A DNA stretch of 63,989 bases, the filler included, from Hausera hauseri (Eukaryota): NCBI GenBank assembly GCA_046269625.1. It is 11 parts of 11 records of this genome, joined end to end, with 100 filler letters (N's around TTAATTAATTAA, not from the genome) between each part and the next. Parts side by side here need not be neighbours in the genome. Positions count along the whole stretch, not along the records: positions 38,759 to 43,916 come from JBJURY010318939.1; positions 44,017 to 50,911 come from JBJURY010053996.1; positions 51,012 to 54,952 come from JBJURY010870960.1; 8 more parts are not named here. One strand, 5' to 3'. The notes under the pieces are model-generated. The model was not told where the DNA came from. It did no database searches and saw only the letters and a program-made list of their open reading frames with translations. Of this stretch, positions 39,336 through 52,751 are shown in pieces. The position numbers were made by a program, and so were the translations under genes. How positions within the stretch are numbered: the first letter of the stretch is position 1; each line of letters starts with the position of its first letter.

Positions 39336-39713
39336 ATGTCTCACTTGACGACACAACTCATTAGCTTATACCACTCATTCGACAGTCTTCGGAACCACCT
39401 GTACAATCTCGATCGACCTTTGGACAATGCTCGATATCTGCCTCCGGAAGAGCTACTCCTACTTGCTGAGCAGAATTGGAGGGCACGAAAACCTTATCTA
39501 CACCATATGAAGCAGGTTGCTGGTGATATGGAATTTTTATTCAGTAAGATTTTTCGCTCATTTGAAAAAATGACGACGTTGGACGATAATAATACTCGTC
39601 AAGTACGTCAATTTATGAGCGATTTTGTCAAACGTGGTAGTAGTCAGACGGATTACATTCCTACGTGGCAGTCAGCAAATATTTTGCTTGAAGCAATATT
39701 GCAATACGATTAA
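39336..39713 (+). CDS. Hypothetical 125-aa protein, probably Polinton accessory
   Basis: Open ORF with upstream TATAAATA (about 39293) and downstream AATAAA (about 39824), next to TIR-like sequence; no family recognised. Confidence 0.4.
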   Translation: MSHLTTQLISLYHSFDSLRNHLYNLDRPLDNARYLPPEELLLLAEQNWRARKPYLHHMKQVAGDMEFLFSKIFRSFEKMTTLDDNNTRQVRQFMSDFVKRGSSQTDYIPTWQSANILLEAILQYD

Positions 39714-39879
39714 TTCCGATGGTCTCGATCATTCTTCTTCTTCGGAATTGGCTGTTCCCTGTGGTTTGTGTAATCCGAATTGATTCGAACGATTTCGTAC
39801 CAGTTGCAATACTAGTACAAAAGAATAAAAGTTTGATGTATACTTTGTTTTCTCGTTACTCAAAACGATCATTGTAGCG

Positions 39880-40130
39880 AGGTAGGTGGGAAAATGCGTT
39901 GTCCAAAAACTAGGTTAAACAAAAATGTTTGTTATAATCAGATAGGTGGGGAAATAGTGTTTTCCGGAACTGGGTCACAGAAAAAAAATTTTTTAAACGC
40001 TTGTTATAGTCAGAATGTGGTTTTCCGGAACTAGGTCAGTCCAAAAATTTTTCCGACTCAACTCATCTTGCTGAGTTCAAATATGCAGGTGTCCAGAACT
40101 AGGTCAGTCCTACTTTTTTTCCGACCGAAC
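39880..40130 (+). repeat. Short degenerate repeats (TCCGGAACTAGGTCA; GATAGGTGGGGAAA) related to the TIR motif
   Basis: Four copies of the ..AACTAGGTCA-type core; GATAGGTGGGGAAA recurs at about 41307. Confidence 0.6.
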
Positions 40131-40539
40131 GAAATGCCACAATAACAAAAATAAAAAATTAAATAAAATAAACAATATAAATTAAATAAAACAAAAATAA
40201 TAAATAAAATAAATTATTTTAAAATAAAATTATTAATCAAAGACCAAAACTTACGTGGTCCATTCTTCGGCTATAACTAATTCATAGAAATGACTGTAAG
40301 CTAAGTGTCTCGATATTATACATATGGTAGTGTGTCTCTTGGTAATACTTTACTGACAAACACTGTTGATTTTGCAAATATTGAATGTACATTAAAGAAC
40401 AAAATCTAACCAGATGTCCATTATTTCGAGAATGCCGTTTACACTACTAGTAATAGACCAAATCGTGAGAAAAAGTATGACATTTCCATTACTGAGCTTT
40501 TTGACGTCCTACTCCATACACACACAATGTTCCACATCA

Positions 40540-41385
40540 CAACTCATTATTTCATGTTGCATGCATGCATGCATGCATTCAGGCAGGCACATTTCTCGTC
40601 TCGTGCTCACATTTGCGTAACACACACATTTTTTCACGTCACACCTCACTACTTCATATTGTAGACACCTTTCCCGTACCTGTCGTGCTCAAGGTTTGTG
40701 ACGACGAAAATTTTGTGTGACGAGACAAATTTTGGACTATTCGAAATTTTGTTGTGACGATTCGCATTTCGTGACGATGATGATGATGATGGTGATTTCG
40801 ATTTTGACTCTTTCGTTTTCGTTTTTACATCAACGAACAAAAGTATGCGTTTTTCATCAACTTACAATCGTCTGATCGTGAGGCGCTTATAATATGAAAT
40901 ACTCAACTCCTTTTGGGCCTTCTTCTGAAAAAATTTCCACCACCATCTAACTTGCCCAAGGGGGATTTTCACCCGTTTGAAAATTTCCCATTGATTTTTC
41001 CCTATGTTCCCATGGTCAAAAAAAGTTGCAATTGTGCGCATTCGATTTCCCCGGCATTGATTTGACATTTTCAACCGAACACTGTTTCGCCAGTAACACG
41101 TGCCTTGTTTCTTGAAACACATTTCCTGTTTTGATTCTTCTGCTTTTGGCGGCGTCCCGTAATATTTTTGAGTTTTGCTGCGTTATAAATTTTTTCTCGC
41201 CTCGTAGAGCTCTACCGATTTGAGTCGCTGACATATGCGACATATGACATAGGCATCCAACCTGGGGGTCTTCCGACGATGAGACATAAAATGCTCAGAA
41301 TTGCGAGATAGGTGGGGAAAACTTTGTCCAAGGTCGAGCTGAACACTTTTGGAAAATGGGGTTGAAAGCTCACTTCTACCTACTA
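40540..41385 (-). repeat. Probable Polinton terminal inverted repeat (end of left element)
   Basis: Diverged reverse complement of 41494-42330; ends CACTTCTACCTACTA. Confidence 0.7.
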
Positions 41386-41493
41386 ATAGTTTATTTGCGT
41401 TTCAACTATCAAACAACCGAGACAACCATATGTCAGTTTACTGTGCATCCTTGTGGTGCCATAGTACTGCTCATCCATCAACGTCATGCACTG

Positions 41494-42330
41494 TAGTAGG
41501 TAGAAGTGTCCTATCCACTGCACTTCCCAAAAAGTGCTCAGATCAACCTGGGTCCCAGCTTTCCCCACTTATCTCACAATTCTGAGCATTTCATGCTTTG
41601 TGGTCGGAGACCTCCCTATGATTGAAAACACATGTCATGAGTTGCACATGTTACCTACAGAAATCGGTAGAGCTCGATGAGACAAGAAAAGTTTTATAGT
41701 GCGGCGAGAGTTAAAAATTTACAGGGTGGTGCTAAAAGCAGAAGAATCAAAACAGGAAATGTTTTATGAGAAAGGAGACACGAGTTACGAATTACGCAAT
41801 TTTCGGTGAAAATGTCAAACCGATGTTGAATGCGCACAATTTTAACTCGGTCTGACCATGGGAACATGGGGAAAAATTGAGGGGAAATTTTCAAACTGAG
41901 AAAAATCCCACTTGGGCAAGTCAACTGGTGGTGGAAATTCTTTCATAAGAAAGTCCAAAAGGAGTTTAGCATTCCATATTATAAGTGCCTCACAATCAGA
42001 CGATTGCAAGTTTGTGAAAAACGCGTTGGTTTGGTGGTAAAAATCCAAACCGAAATTACCATCATCATCATCATCATCAAAATCACAAAATGAGAATCGT
42101 AAAAATTTCGAAAGTCGCAAATTTTTGTCACACAAAATCTACTTTATCATCATTATCATCATGAGGACATGTACGACGAGTTGACACGTGCAATGGTGAG
42201 GCGTGACGTGAAAGAAGTATGCGTTACGCGACAGACTGAAAATGTGCCTACATGCATGTATGAATGCAATCAAAACGAAATAGTGAGTTGTGACGTGTGT
42301 GTGTGTGTAGCAAAGGGACGTCGAAGTGAT
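41494..42330 (+). repeat. Probable Polinton terminal inverted repeat (start of right element)
   Basis: Begins TAGTAGGTAGAAGTG (AGT-repeat terminus typical of Polintons), directly followed by protease and capsid genes. Confidence 0.7.
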
Positions 42331-42349
42331 GGCAATAATAACGCATGTG

Positions 42350-42770
42350 TAACAAAATACTGTATTTCTCTCTAATTAAACACAAAGTACAATCATTGTT
42401 CATGCAAGTATCTGTAACGTTAGCCACAGTAAGCAATAATGTCCACAAAATAAGGTCAGTGGATGTTGATAATGAAATCGATTGTATTCAACACGATATG
42501 ACGATGGTGATTGTCGTTCAATTTGAGAAACTAACGATGACGGGTAGTAAAATCCGAGCGGATCGAATACTCTGACGACGTTCATCGGATGGTGAACGTA
42601 CACAGCAATCCAATATTCGCCCGGCAACGATGAAGTGTGTGTATTGACAATAAAGCCACCGCCGCCAGTGTGTCGTAAATCACATGGCACATTATCCAGT
42701 GGAAACAAGCCATGAAATTTCGCACCCAAGAGCAGTTTTCCATAGTGATTGAGCTCGTTGGAGCTAAATG
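42350..42770 (-). pseudogene. Polinton adenain-like cysteine protease
   Basis: FIVNTHTSSLPGEYWIAV..FDPLG..YQ..CGHYC; the catalytic His of GxHW reads Tyr here. Confidence 0.88.
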
Positions 42771-42850
42771 TGAATTAAGTATAATAGTAATAGTAGTAAT
42801 AAATTACTTCATAATACAAAGAAGAAAAAGTTAGGCACAGCGGATTTTAT

Positions 42851-43916
42851 TTATGCAATGACGGTTCCGTTTTTCGTTATTTCAACCTCGGCATCAAATA
42901 CACCGTAAATGTACATCACGGTCGACTGCTCCAACGCTTTAGCAAAGTGAACTTCCAGTCGTAGGTTTCCCTGCTGAGGTAGTTGAGTATGATCAACGTC
43001 ATAATCCGGAGCCAGGACAAAGGTGAAGAATTGATAGGTGGATTTGAACAGGTCCATCGGTATGCCATTGTTAATGTTTTTGTTGAGAAAACCCATGTTG
43101 CGCACAATAGATTGCATATATGTGCAAACGTAATTATTATACTCAAAGTCTTGTTTGTACGTCTGAAAGAAATCCTCATTCCGGCCCAAACTGATATAAT
43201 TCACATTGCTTTGGGTAAACATTTCCGAATCGGTCGTATAACTGCCCGTTTGTTGAACAGTCGCTTGAAATGTAACGAGCACAAATTTCGGCAATTGCAT
43301 GTCGTCAAACACTGCATCTTCGTAAAACGTAGTTGAATCTTTCGGTATAGTGTAAAAGACGAGTTCTGTGCGTTGCATCGGGTAAGAGGCATTTTGCGTT
43401 TCCAAGCCCAATCGATGTCCCATGAGCATAGATGGTCCTACCTTTACACGACGTACGTATAATTGTGCCTCGGTAATTTTCAGTATGGGTTTAAGCTGTG
43501 CAATGGCGGTTTCCAAACAAAAGACATTGTAGCTGTGTTTGAGCCAAATCATGGCTTTAACACTGGGCAGTAGATATTTCGGCTGATCGAAAAAGTCAAA
43601 GTACAGCAGTCCACACATTGTAAGTGGTTTTGATTCTGCCACCCATGCCTAACGGTTTGCCGCTGTGGCATTGTATCCGATGGTTTTCGTCAAATGAGTC
43701 GTTTTCGTGTCTGCGCTGTAATTTACAGCCGTTTCAATGAGTGCTTTGATACTGTAGAGACTGGTGTTGCCTTCGATTTTGACGCTGTTCAGAGTCCGTG
43801 AAGCCTCCTGGAACAGTGTGAGGAAAAAGTAATTGGCCAGTGTGACAGTGTCTGTTGCAGCGAGAACCGTTGACGCGTCCTTTTTAACAATGACTTTTAC
43901 ATAGAGTAGCGTATCG
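42851..43916 (-). pseudogene. Polinton major capsid protein, 5'-truncated
   Basis: NYFFLTLF, DFFDQPKYLLP, AQLYVRRVKV, LPKFVLV, GNLRLEVHFAKAL. Confidence 0.88.
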
Positions 43917-44016
43917 NNNNNNNNNNNNNNNNNNNNNNNNNNNNNNNNNNNNNNNNNNNNTTAATTAATTAANNNNNNNNNNNNNNNNNNNNNNNNNNNN
44001 NNNNNNNNNNNNNNNN

Positions 44017-44588
44017 CTCTTAACTATATAATTAAAGAAATAATTTTGAAACCTAATGACGTCAAATCACCTTTAAGGGGAGAAGGAAACTACATGAGAA
44101 TAGTTTTCACGATACAAATATATTAAAAATAATACAATTACCAATACGTCAAGCACAATATCGAATATAGCACCATTTCAATGTCTCTGAGTTCAAGACT
44201 TCAACGTCTAATTTTACTGCAATTTTTCTTGGTACTCTGAGTTGCTCAACAACAGTCACTGATAACTTCTGAACTTTCTGATTTTCCTTAGAGTTTATGT
44301 ACCCCTATGTCTTCTAATTACTTTTCTTATTATTTCATTTTATTCTATTGGTACAATATTTTATTTTCTTTTTCTTGATTAACACTGTTTTATCGTCGCT
44401 GATTAATAATCACATTATTTACAAATCTACAATCATTCTGTATAAATTGATTATTTCTTTTTTTCAAATCCAATTATTTCGATAATACAGTCATATTTAC
44501 AATAGCTGCATAAATAATAACTAGATAATAATTAGATGTCAGGTAGATGCACTAGAGCATATTTTATAGAAACAGCTGTATTACAACA
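44017..44588 (-). repeat. 3' LTR of family A2 third copy, cut by the gap
   Basis: PPT AGGGAGGAGAAA then TGTTGTAA; shares the AAGGTGATTTGACGTCATTAGG block with about 32188. Confidence 0.75.
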
Positions 44589-47133
44589 TTTCTCCTCCCT
44601 GAACGGCATCCTCGGATAAGCCCATTGCATCAGGAGAGGTGCCGTGGGAACGGGGCCTTCGTAACATTTCCATACGTCTTCTTAGACTGGGTCCTGAGCT
44701 GGTGCTTGGTTGATCTATTCTGGGATTTGTTTCGAGTTCATAATTATGGTATGGCTTAATCCTAACTATTCTGTTATAGCTACCGTTTGAGTAATATTTC
44801 AAGTCAGCCGCCTCGGCTCTGCAGATAGGACAAGTGGTTTTTCCATTATTCAACGTCCATTTATTTAAGCAGTCACTGCAATATTTGTGGCTCAATTGGG
44901 GTTATTCAGCACCACGTATCCCTGTTTTAGATTTGTCTCACATACGGGGCATTTGTTCTCCTCTTTCTCTCACTTTTCGTCGTCCAAGTCGACTCTTAGC
45001 ATAATTTCTATGGGTTCTATTACCAACCCGTTTTTGTCTTGGTATAAATAAGCTGAAATTCTCTTTTGTTTCGGGTTTATGGAACTCTTTTTGGGATCGC
45101 ATCCCACAGGTATTAGAGTCCAATCGCTGATAGTGTCTCGATCTAAATCGGAAACTTCACCAGTCGATCGGTATTTTTGATATTGCTTATTTAATACCAG
45201 TTTCATTGATTTATCCACAGGAAGTAAGATTTTACCATTTCGTCTGGACTGAAATATCGGGGCAACGTATTTTCCGATCTTCGGATTTTCCCAGACATAA
45301 GTGTTCTCGTAAACTTGTCTGGCAGGCATTAATTTGACAAAAAACATTGCCTCTTTAATCTTTTGTTTGCTATAATATTCTGTGGCTATTAGCATCCTAG
45401 GATAATCTGCCGTAGTGGCGTAGTGAACATCTTCCGTGGAGTTCTACTTCCGTAGGACGTTTATTTCTGTTATTTGTTCTTTTGGTTTTCTTGTGGACTT
45501 TTCAATGCGGGACTGCATGTCTGATTTCGATGGTTCTTCTGCTGGTATTCTTGGTTTATCTGGTCTTGATGATTTTGAATCCTTTCCGTCCGGTATGTGT
45601 CCTTCTTTTGGTCCCTTTTTCCCTTCTTTACTTTTCTTCTTGAATAAATAATCGAAAAAGTAGGTTTTCCTTTTAGTTGTTTTTCTCATTTCGACCTGTA
45701 ATTCTATCTCTTTCTTGTATGTATTTCCGAGAAACTTCTGGTATCTTAAATAGATTATTATCGGTTGTAACGCCATAACTTGTACTGGGCTTCCCATCTG
45801 TACTTAGTTTATCCCACATTTTTCTTGTTTTAGATCCTTGAGTAGTTATTTGGTAATTCCATTTCGGAGTAATCTCGACATTTCTTGGTGGTGAGTAAGG
45901 ACTGAAGTGCTTTCTATATCGTGTACTGATTCCTTTAAGTTTGGGAAAATTTCGCAGGTTCTGTCCGGGATTATTGGGAATCCATTCATGTTCCCACTTT
46001 AATCCAGCATTTATATCCCTTAGATATTAGGATCGTTGGCTAGCAGTCAACAGTCGGCTTATTTTTATATTTCCTCCAGTCATGGCCTCTACCATTAACT
46101 GTAATCGGCCTTCCACGGTTGGTGGTAGATGACCCTTCTTCTCTTTGACCTTAATTTCCATTTGTCCCATGACAGTCGGGCGGGTTTCTATTTCTCTTAG
46201 TCCAGCTATATGTGTTACCGGTATATCTAATTTTTTATCATCCTCTCTATTTGATACCCTACTAAGACGTGTCCGTAGAAGCATTGTGCTACTTCCTGTT
46301 GCACTAACTTGGAATCCTTTTCATGATTTAATTGTTCCCTTTTAATCCCGGTAACTTCTGCATAAGATTCTAGTACTTTCTTTCTCGGGTTAATGATTTT
46401 CGAATAGATTTCGGCCCCGTTTTCTTGTCGGATGAATATTTCGATTGGAATATAATTTCCTTCTTCTCCTTCTCCATAGTTTATTGCAGCAATCCTGAGA
46501 TTCCTGTCATCAGTTACAAATCTAAACGAATGTTGATGTGCATCCTGTTCTTCTCCAGTGGGTCTTTGCCTAAACTCTAATGGCGGCAATGAGACGGGTA
46601 TTGTCTCTTTTTCAGTTATTTCGACCATCATCTTTACCGGTAAGGCTGCCACACGAAATTCTAGCTCGTAATTATGGATATTCCTACTGCCAAATACAAG
46701 CGTGCTAAAACGACTTTGCCTTCCTTGGAAAGAGCCCCATTTTTGATCTTTCAGCCGATAATAAATTTTTCCGTCAGCCAAATGTACATATATCTTCTGT
46801 TCCTTGTTTGCTGGTACTGGGCCATCTGTTGCAAGGGGTATGCTCTGGCGTCCTTATCCTCTCCCCAGGCATATAAATGTATATCGCTCTGGCTTCTTTG
46901 GTCGTTCCTTTCAGACCGTTTGGTATCTCACCAACTTTTCCGTATTAAATGAAGTTCTTTCCTTGCAATTCCGTATTGATTTGTCTATAGATAGCTTTTG
47001 AATTGGGGATCCGTACAGTCACATATTGCTGTAAAAATTTGTCGATACTAAGTCGACTCGTAGTTTTCTCGGTGTCGATTATAAGTCGGTTCGCATTTTC
47101 CTCGTCGTCGATTCTAAGTCGGCTCGGGTTCAT
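44581..47133 (-). pseudogene. Accessory region of family A2: exonuclease-like domain, unknown domain, RING
   Basis: Colinear with 29257-31743; CPVC..HKYCSDC..CPICR; YSKIINP..VTGIKREQL..VLVGY. Confidence 0.75.
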
Positions 47134-47249
47134 CTGGGTCTGATTACTTACTAATCTAAAAAAGAAAATATAAAGGTTAATCTTTAAACAAAAGATGGTT
47201 TTAAACCAAAACCAATTCTTTGTTTGATGACAGAATAAGCTGATCTGTA

Positions 47250-48670
47250 ATTGTATGGTTATTTTATCATACGGATCTACAGGGTTTTCCAATTCCCTTA
47301 ATTCCCATTCTGAATTTTTATGGCGCTTAGAATAACAGTTTTTGGTAACTAATCAAAAAATCGCAATTAATATAATGAGAACAAACGTTGACAGTATAGA
47401 GATGGATACGATCGGCAGCGTAGTTAATCCCATTGGTGCTTGTGTGGTGACTAGCCTTGTGATTTCCTCGTCTATATTCTCATATGTATGCGACTCGGCA
47501 CGAATTTCGCCTAGGGTATGCATTGTGATGGTTTGATATTGTTTATTTGTTGCATGTACTTGTACTATGTATTCGGTTTGTGGTTTTAATAAATCACACT
47601 CTGTTTGATAAGTACCTTTAAACAGCGTCACGATTTGATTATTATATGTTCGACATACTTATGTATATATTGTAGCTTTGTTTCTCGTCCACAAGGAACA
47701 CAATTTTAGACCGATATGACGAATATTTAATAGGGATGCTCCCTAATTCTCTTTTAGTCACACTGCTTTATGTAGAGGTTGTCGCAATGGCACCAACTCA
47801 AGTGATTGACTTTTTAGTGGTCAATTCTACTGTGATTTTGCATATTCTACTTTCCGGATAATAAGTTCGTAATTGTACGCTTGGTTTATTAGGTCGTACT
47901 TCATATAAATCAAATCTTATTTTAAACTCTTGGTTCGCGGGTAGTTTGCAACAGGGGTGTTGCAAACCTGCACGAATAGAACAATATTCTATTTTAGGAG
48001 TTCGTCCACTTGCTGCTTCGAATGTGATGCTGATTTCTCGGCTGACAGTTAACTCTGTTTTGGTATCTACTTGGATGCATTGTTTTTTCTTGTTTATAGA
48101 GAGTCTCCGAATATTTTCTTCTAATAATCTCACATTCGGGTTGGTAGATCGTAGCAATTCATTGGGTTTTACTCCATGATGTCTGTTACATGCAGAAATA
48201 AGTAATTGAAATTGTGGTTTTACTTCAATATAAACTTCGGTTGAGTCTGGTAAGTATTGGCGATAGGTAAGGTTATAAGTACGCCAAAAATCTATGTCGC
48301 AACACTGCGCATTTTCTCCAGGCTCAAAATCACAATTGACCAAACCAGTTTGAAATCTTCCGAAATCGTGGTGCGGTTTCCAAGTCTTAAATCCAAAACA
48401 TACGGCGTTTGGTGAGTAATAATGAACCGTCATTGATTGTAATAGTTTAGCATCTGCTTGTCTTTGGATATCTTCAATTGTTGGTTTCTTTTCCGTTTTA
48501 ATCGATTCCGATTTTGGTCCGCTCTTCCGAATTCCGTATATATTTCTTAACGTAGACTCATCGTGCCACCATTGGGCTTGTGTTTTCGAAATATAAGAAG
48601 CAATTAGGGACAAATCTAGAACTATCTGAACGTACGAGATCGGTCTGGCAATTATTGAGGAAATTTTTAC
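47250..48670 (-). pseudogene. FN3-like type I membrane protein, N-terminal part in frame with integrase
   Basis: ORF 47798..49237 runs from the IN core through GPY into the signal-like segment and Cys-rich ectodomain; FN3-like motif and TM are in ORF 47353..47631. Confidence 0.65.
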
Positions 48671-48679
48671 CTCGCGTTG

Positions 48680-50911
48680 GCGTAAATTATAACGCTTGTT
48701 TGGCCGTATTTCTGTCTTGACAACTCTTTGTACTGACACAACCTCTTCATTTCCATTTTTGTTAATATACACTGTGGTTGGCGTGACTTTGGTCACTTCG
48801 TATGGTCCTCTGCCGGTGCGAGTTAATTTTAATGAGGTACCTTTCTTGGCTACTGGGTAATGTACATAAACCCAATTTCCTTGTTCTATATCATGCGGGT
48901 TTGCTTTCTTATCATATTGCTTTTTAAATTGCTCTTGATATTCTTGGGATAATTCTTTAACGATCTCCCAACACTTTTGCAATCGCGTTTGTAATACTTC
49001 TGCGAAATTCTGCTCTAAATCTTCGAGATTGACTGTGTATGGCGTCATTCCTAAGTCCGTGGGCAACACGGCTTCGCGCCCATACATCATAAAGTAAGGC
49101 GTAAATCCTGTTGCTGGATGTTGTGTGGTATTATTTGCAAATTGAGTTCCTTCTAAAAATTCATCCCAATCTTTTTGGTACTTAGTCACTACTGTTGACA
49201 GTATACGTATGACGTTAGCATTCATTCGTTCGACCATTCCATTACATTGAGGATGATACGCGGTAGTTGTTAGTCGTTCAATTTCGAATATCTTAGTGAT
49301 TTTCTCGAATAGTTCGCTGGTGAAATTTCTTCCTCGATATGTGAGTATCTGGTCTGGAGCCCGTATCGACAGATAATCCTTCTTACTACGGCTTCTTCTA
49401 AAGTTTCTGCCTTTTGATCAATTAATGTTATCAACTCGACGAAATGAGTTAGTCGATCAATACACGTCAAAATATATTTATTGTTCTTGTGAATAGTAGG
49501 AAGAGGTCCTACAAAGTCCATCGATATGGCTTGCATGGGCCTGTCGGGTACATCAATGGGTTTTAGTTCGGCCATGTAATTTTTCGTCTTCTTTTGTTTA
49601 GTTGCACATACTTCACAATCATTCACTCAATTTGTCACATCAATGTAGATGCTAGGCCAGAAATATTTATTCATTATTCTTTGTAACGTGTTCTTCCAGG
49701 ACATGTGTCCTGACAAGTATGAATCGTGTTCTAACATCAGTACTTCAGTTCGTAAATCTTTTGGAATAACTATCAGTTTCTTTCCTTTACGTTCGTATTA
49801 TAAAATATCTTCATTGCTCTTGTCACTTAGGATGCAGTATTTATGCCCGTGTCTGTGTAAATGTTTCTTTAACTGTCGTCCTCTTGGTATGACATTTTTC
49901 TTAGCAAATTCTATAATCTGCTGGATGACTTTATCCTTCCTTTGTTCTGTTGAAATTTTGATGGCCTTATCTATCGTTAAAGCTCGTTAGCGGTCTATTA
50001 TTTCCTCAAGTTGACTTTTCTTCATTACAGTGATTGCGCTCGCTTTAGTCTGTAATCTCGACAGGTGCATCTGCGTCTACATGTTTGTTCCCTGGCTTAT
50101 ACTAAAATTCAATATTGTATCTTGATATTTCTTCGATCCATCTGTTGAGTCTGCATGTCAGGTTATTTGCTCGGCCTTTTAATGTCGTAATGGCTTTGTG
50201 GTCAGTGACAATTATAATTTTCTGACCGTATACGTAAACGTTGAAATTACGCAGTGCTTCTTTTACGGCTAGAGTTTCCAGTTCGGTAACAGAATAGTTT
50301 TTCTCGGCATTCTTCAAGGAACGTTCTCCATAAGCAATTGGGTGTTCTAATTCTTCATTTTCTCTTTTCTGCGCTAATTCATAACCAATGCCTTCCTTAC
50401 TGGCGTCTGTCTTGATTATAAAAGGTAAGTTAAAATCTGGATATCGCAAAACGGGTTCGCTTCTTAATATCTTCTTCATCTTATCAAAAGCTTTCTGTTC
50501 GACGTCTGTCCATTTCAATTTAATCCCTTTTTTAAGCAGACGATATAGAAGTGCATTAATTTTTGAATTATCTGGCACAGGTTGCATAATATCCGCAGAG
50601 TCTTAGCCAGTGTCTTAACTCTTTCTGGTTTTGTGGTTACATACAATCCGATATTTTCTTCAATAACGATTTATCTGGTTTCGATCCTCCTTCCCCAACT
50701 ATATGACCTAGGTAGGATACGGCGTTTGGGCCCATTTGCATTTCTTCGGATTTAACTTCAATCCGGCTTGATCTAGTCTCATCAGCGTATGTTGGATATT
50801 TTTTAAGTGTTCCTCTTCTGTCCTCGATTCTATCATCACATCGTCTAAGTACGCAAAAGCATGATCCAATCCCATTAACATTTTGTTCATCATTCTTGTA
50901 AATATGGCTGG
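48680..50911 (-). mobile_element. Ty3/gypsy RT(end)-RH-IN of family A2, third copy
   Basis: AYLDD, TDASKEG, CEVC, MDFVGPLP, NGMVERMN, GPY. Confidence 0.93.
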
Positions 50912-51039
50912 NNNNNNNNNNNNNNNNNNNNNNNNNNNNNNNNNNNNNNNNNNNNTTAATTAATTAANNNNNNNNNNNNNNNNNNNNNNNNNNNNNNNNN
51001 NNNNNNNNNNNAAAAACAGAATACGTTTACACAAAAATT

Positions 51040-51390
51040 GTTTTTAATATAAGCCACAATAAGCAATAATGTCCACACAATACTGTTAGTGGATGCTGAT
51101 AATGAAGTCAATTGTATTCAACACGATATGATGACTGCCGTTCAATTTCAGAAACTAACTATGACATATAGTAAAATCCGAGCGGATCGAATACCTTTAC
51201 GATGTTGGTCGTAGGATAGACGTACAAAGCAATCCTATGTTCGTCAGGTAACGATGATGTGTGTGTATTGACAATGAAGCCGCAGGTTTGTCGTAAGTCA
51301 CGCAGTACAGGGTCCAGTGGAAACACACAGCGAAATTATGCGCCCATGAGCAGTTTTTCGTAGCGATTGAGCTAGGTGGAGCGAAATTTA
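51040..51390 (-). pseudogene. Polinton adenain-like protease, degenerate
   Basis: GFIVNTHTSSLPDEH and CGHYC; homologous to 42400-42770. Confidence 0.8.
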
Positions 51391-51515
51391 AAACGCAGGT
51401 TTAAAGCATAACAATATTCATAATCAATTACTTTATGTTATTGCGTAGTAGTAGTAGTAGTAGTAGTTGTTGTTTTTGTTGTAGAGTGATTCATCATAAT
51501 TATTTATTTACTCAC

Positions 51516-52748
51516 TTATACAATGACGGTTTCGTTTTTCGCAATTTCAGCCTCGGCATCAAATACACAGTAAATGTACATCATGGTAGATTGCTCCAAC
51601 GCTTTGACAAAGTGAATCTCCAGTCGCAGATTTTCCTGCTGAGGTAGTTGAGTCTGTTCAACGTCATAGTCCGGAGCCAGGACAAATGTGAAGAATGTAT
51701 AGGTGGATTTGAAAAAATCCATCGATATGCTATTTTTGATGTTTTTGTTCAGCAAACCCATGTTGCGCACAATAAATTGCATATATGTGCAAACAATATC
51801 ATTAGAATCAAAGTCATATTTGTACGTCTCAAAGAAATCCGCATTGCGACCCAAACTGATGTAATTTACATTGATATGGGTAAATGTTTCCGAATCGGTC
51901 GTATAACTGCCCGTTTGTTGAACAGTCGTTTGAAATGTCACGAACACAAATTTCGGCAACTGCATGTCGTCAAACAGTGCATCTTTGTGAAACGTAGTTA
52001 AACCTTTCGGTATGGTGTAAAAGACGAATTCAGTGTGTTGTATCGGGCAACAGGCATTTTGCGTTTCCAAGCCCAATCGATGTCCCATGAGCACAGATAA
52101 TTCTGCTTTTACACGACGTACGTACAATCGTGCCTTGCTAATTTTCAGTATGGGTTTGAGATTTGCAACGGCGGTTTTCAAGCAAAAGACATTGTCGCTT
52201 CGTTTGAGCCGAATCATGGCTTTAATACCGGGTAGTAGGTATTTCGGCTGATCGAAAAAGTCAGAGTACAACGGTCCACACATTGTCAGCGCTTTTGATT
52301 TTGCCACCCATGCCTGATGATTTGCCGCTGTGGTATTGTATCCGATGGTTTTCGTCAAATGAGTAGTTTTCGTGTCTGTGCTGTAAATCAGAGCCGTTTC
52401 AACGAGTGCTTTATACTGTATAGACTGGTGTTACCTTCGATTTTGACGCTGCTTAGAGTCAGTAAAGCCTCCTGGAACAGTGTGAGGATAAAGTAATTGA
52501 CGGGAGTAACAGTGTCTGTTGCAGCGAGAATGGTTGACGCGTCCTTTTTAACAAGGATTTTTACATAGAGTAAAGTATCGTTCAAATCCAGCTATTCGTT
52601 GTCCGAAGCCATAATGCTGAACTGAATGTCAATGTTATCGTCCATTAAAACCGAATCAACTGGGTAGATTACTTTAAATGCCGCATTGTCAATAACAACT
52701 TGTGGCGCGCTTTTGTCAAATATGCACAATTCCGATTTCGCAGATACA
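51516..52748 (-). pseudogene. Polinton major capsid protein
   Basis: KSELCIF..PQVVI, LDLNDTLLYV, DFFDQPKYLLPG, LYVRRVK, NLRLEIHF; close homolog of 42851-43916. Confidence 0.9.
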
Positions 52749-52751
52749 ATA

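Noticed and set aside
39880-40130. CRISPR-like array
   Set aside because: Degenerate repeats with irregular spacing, eukaryotic context and no cas genes
40649-42135. Short ORFs within the inverted arms
   Set aside because: Chance frames inside TIR-like sequence; reading frames are not preserved between arms
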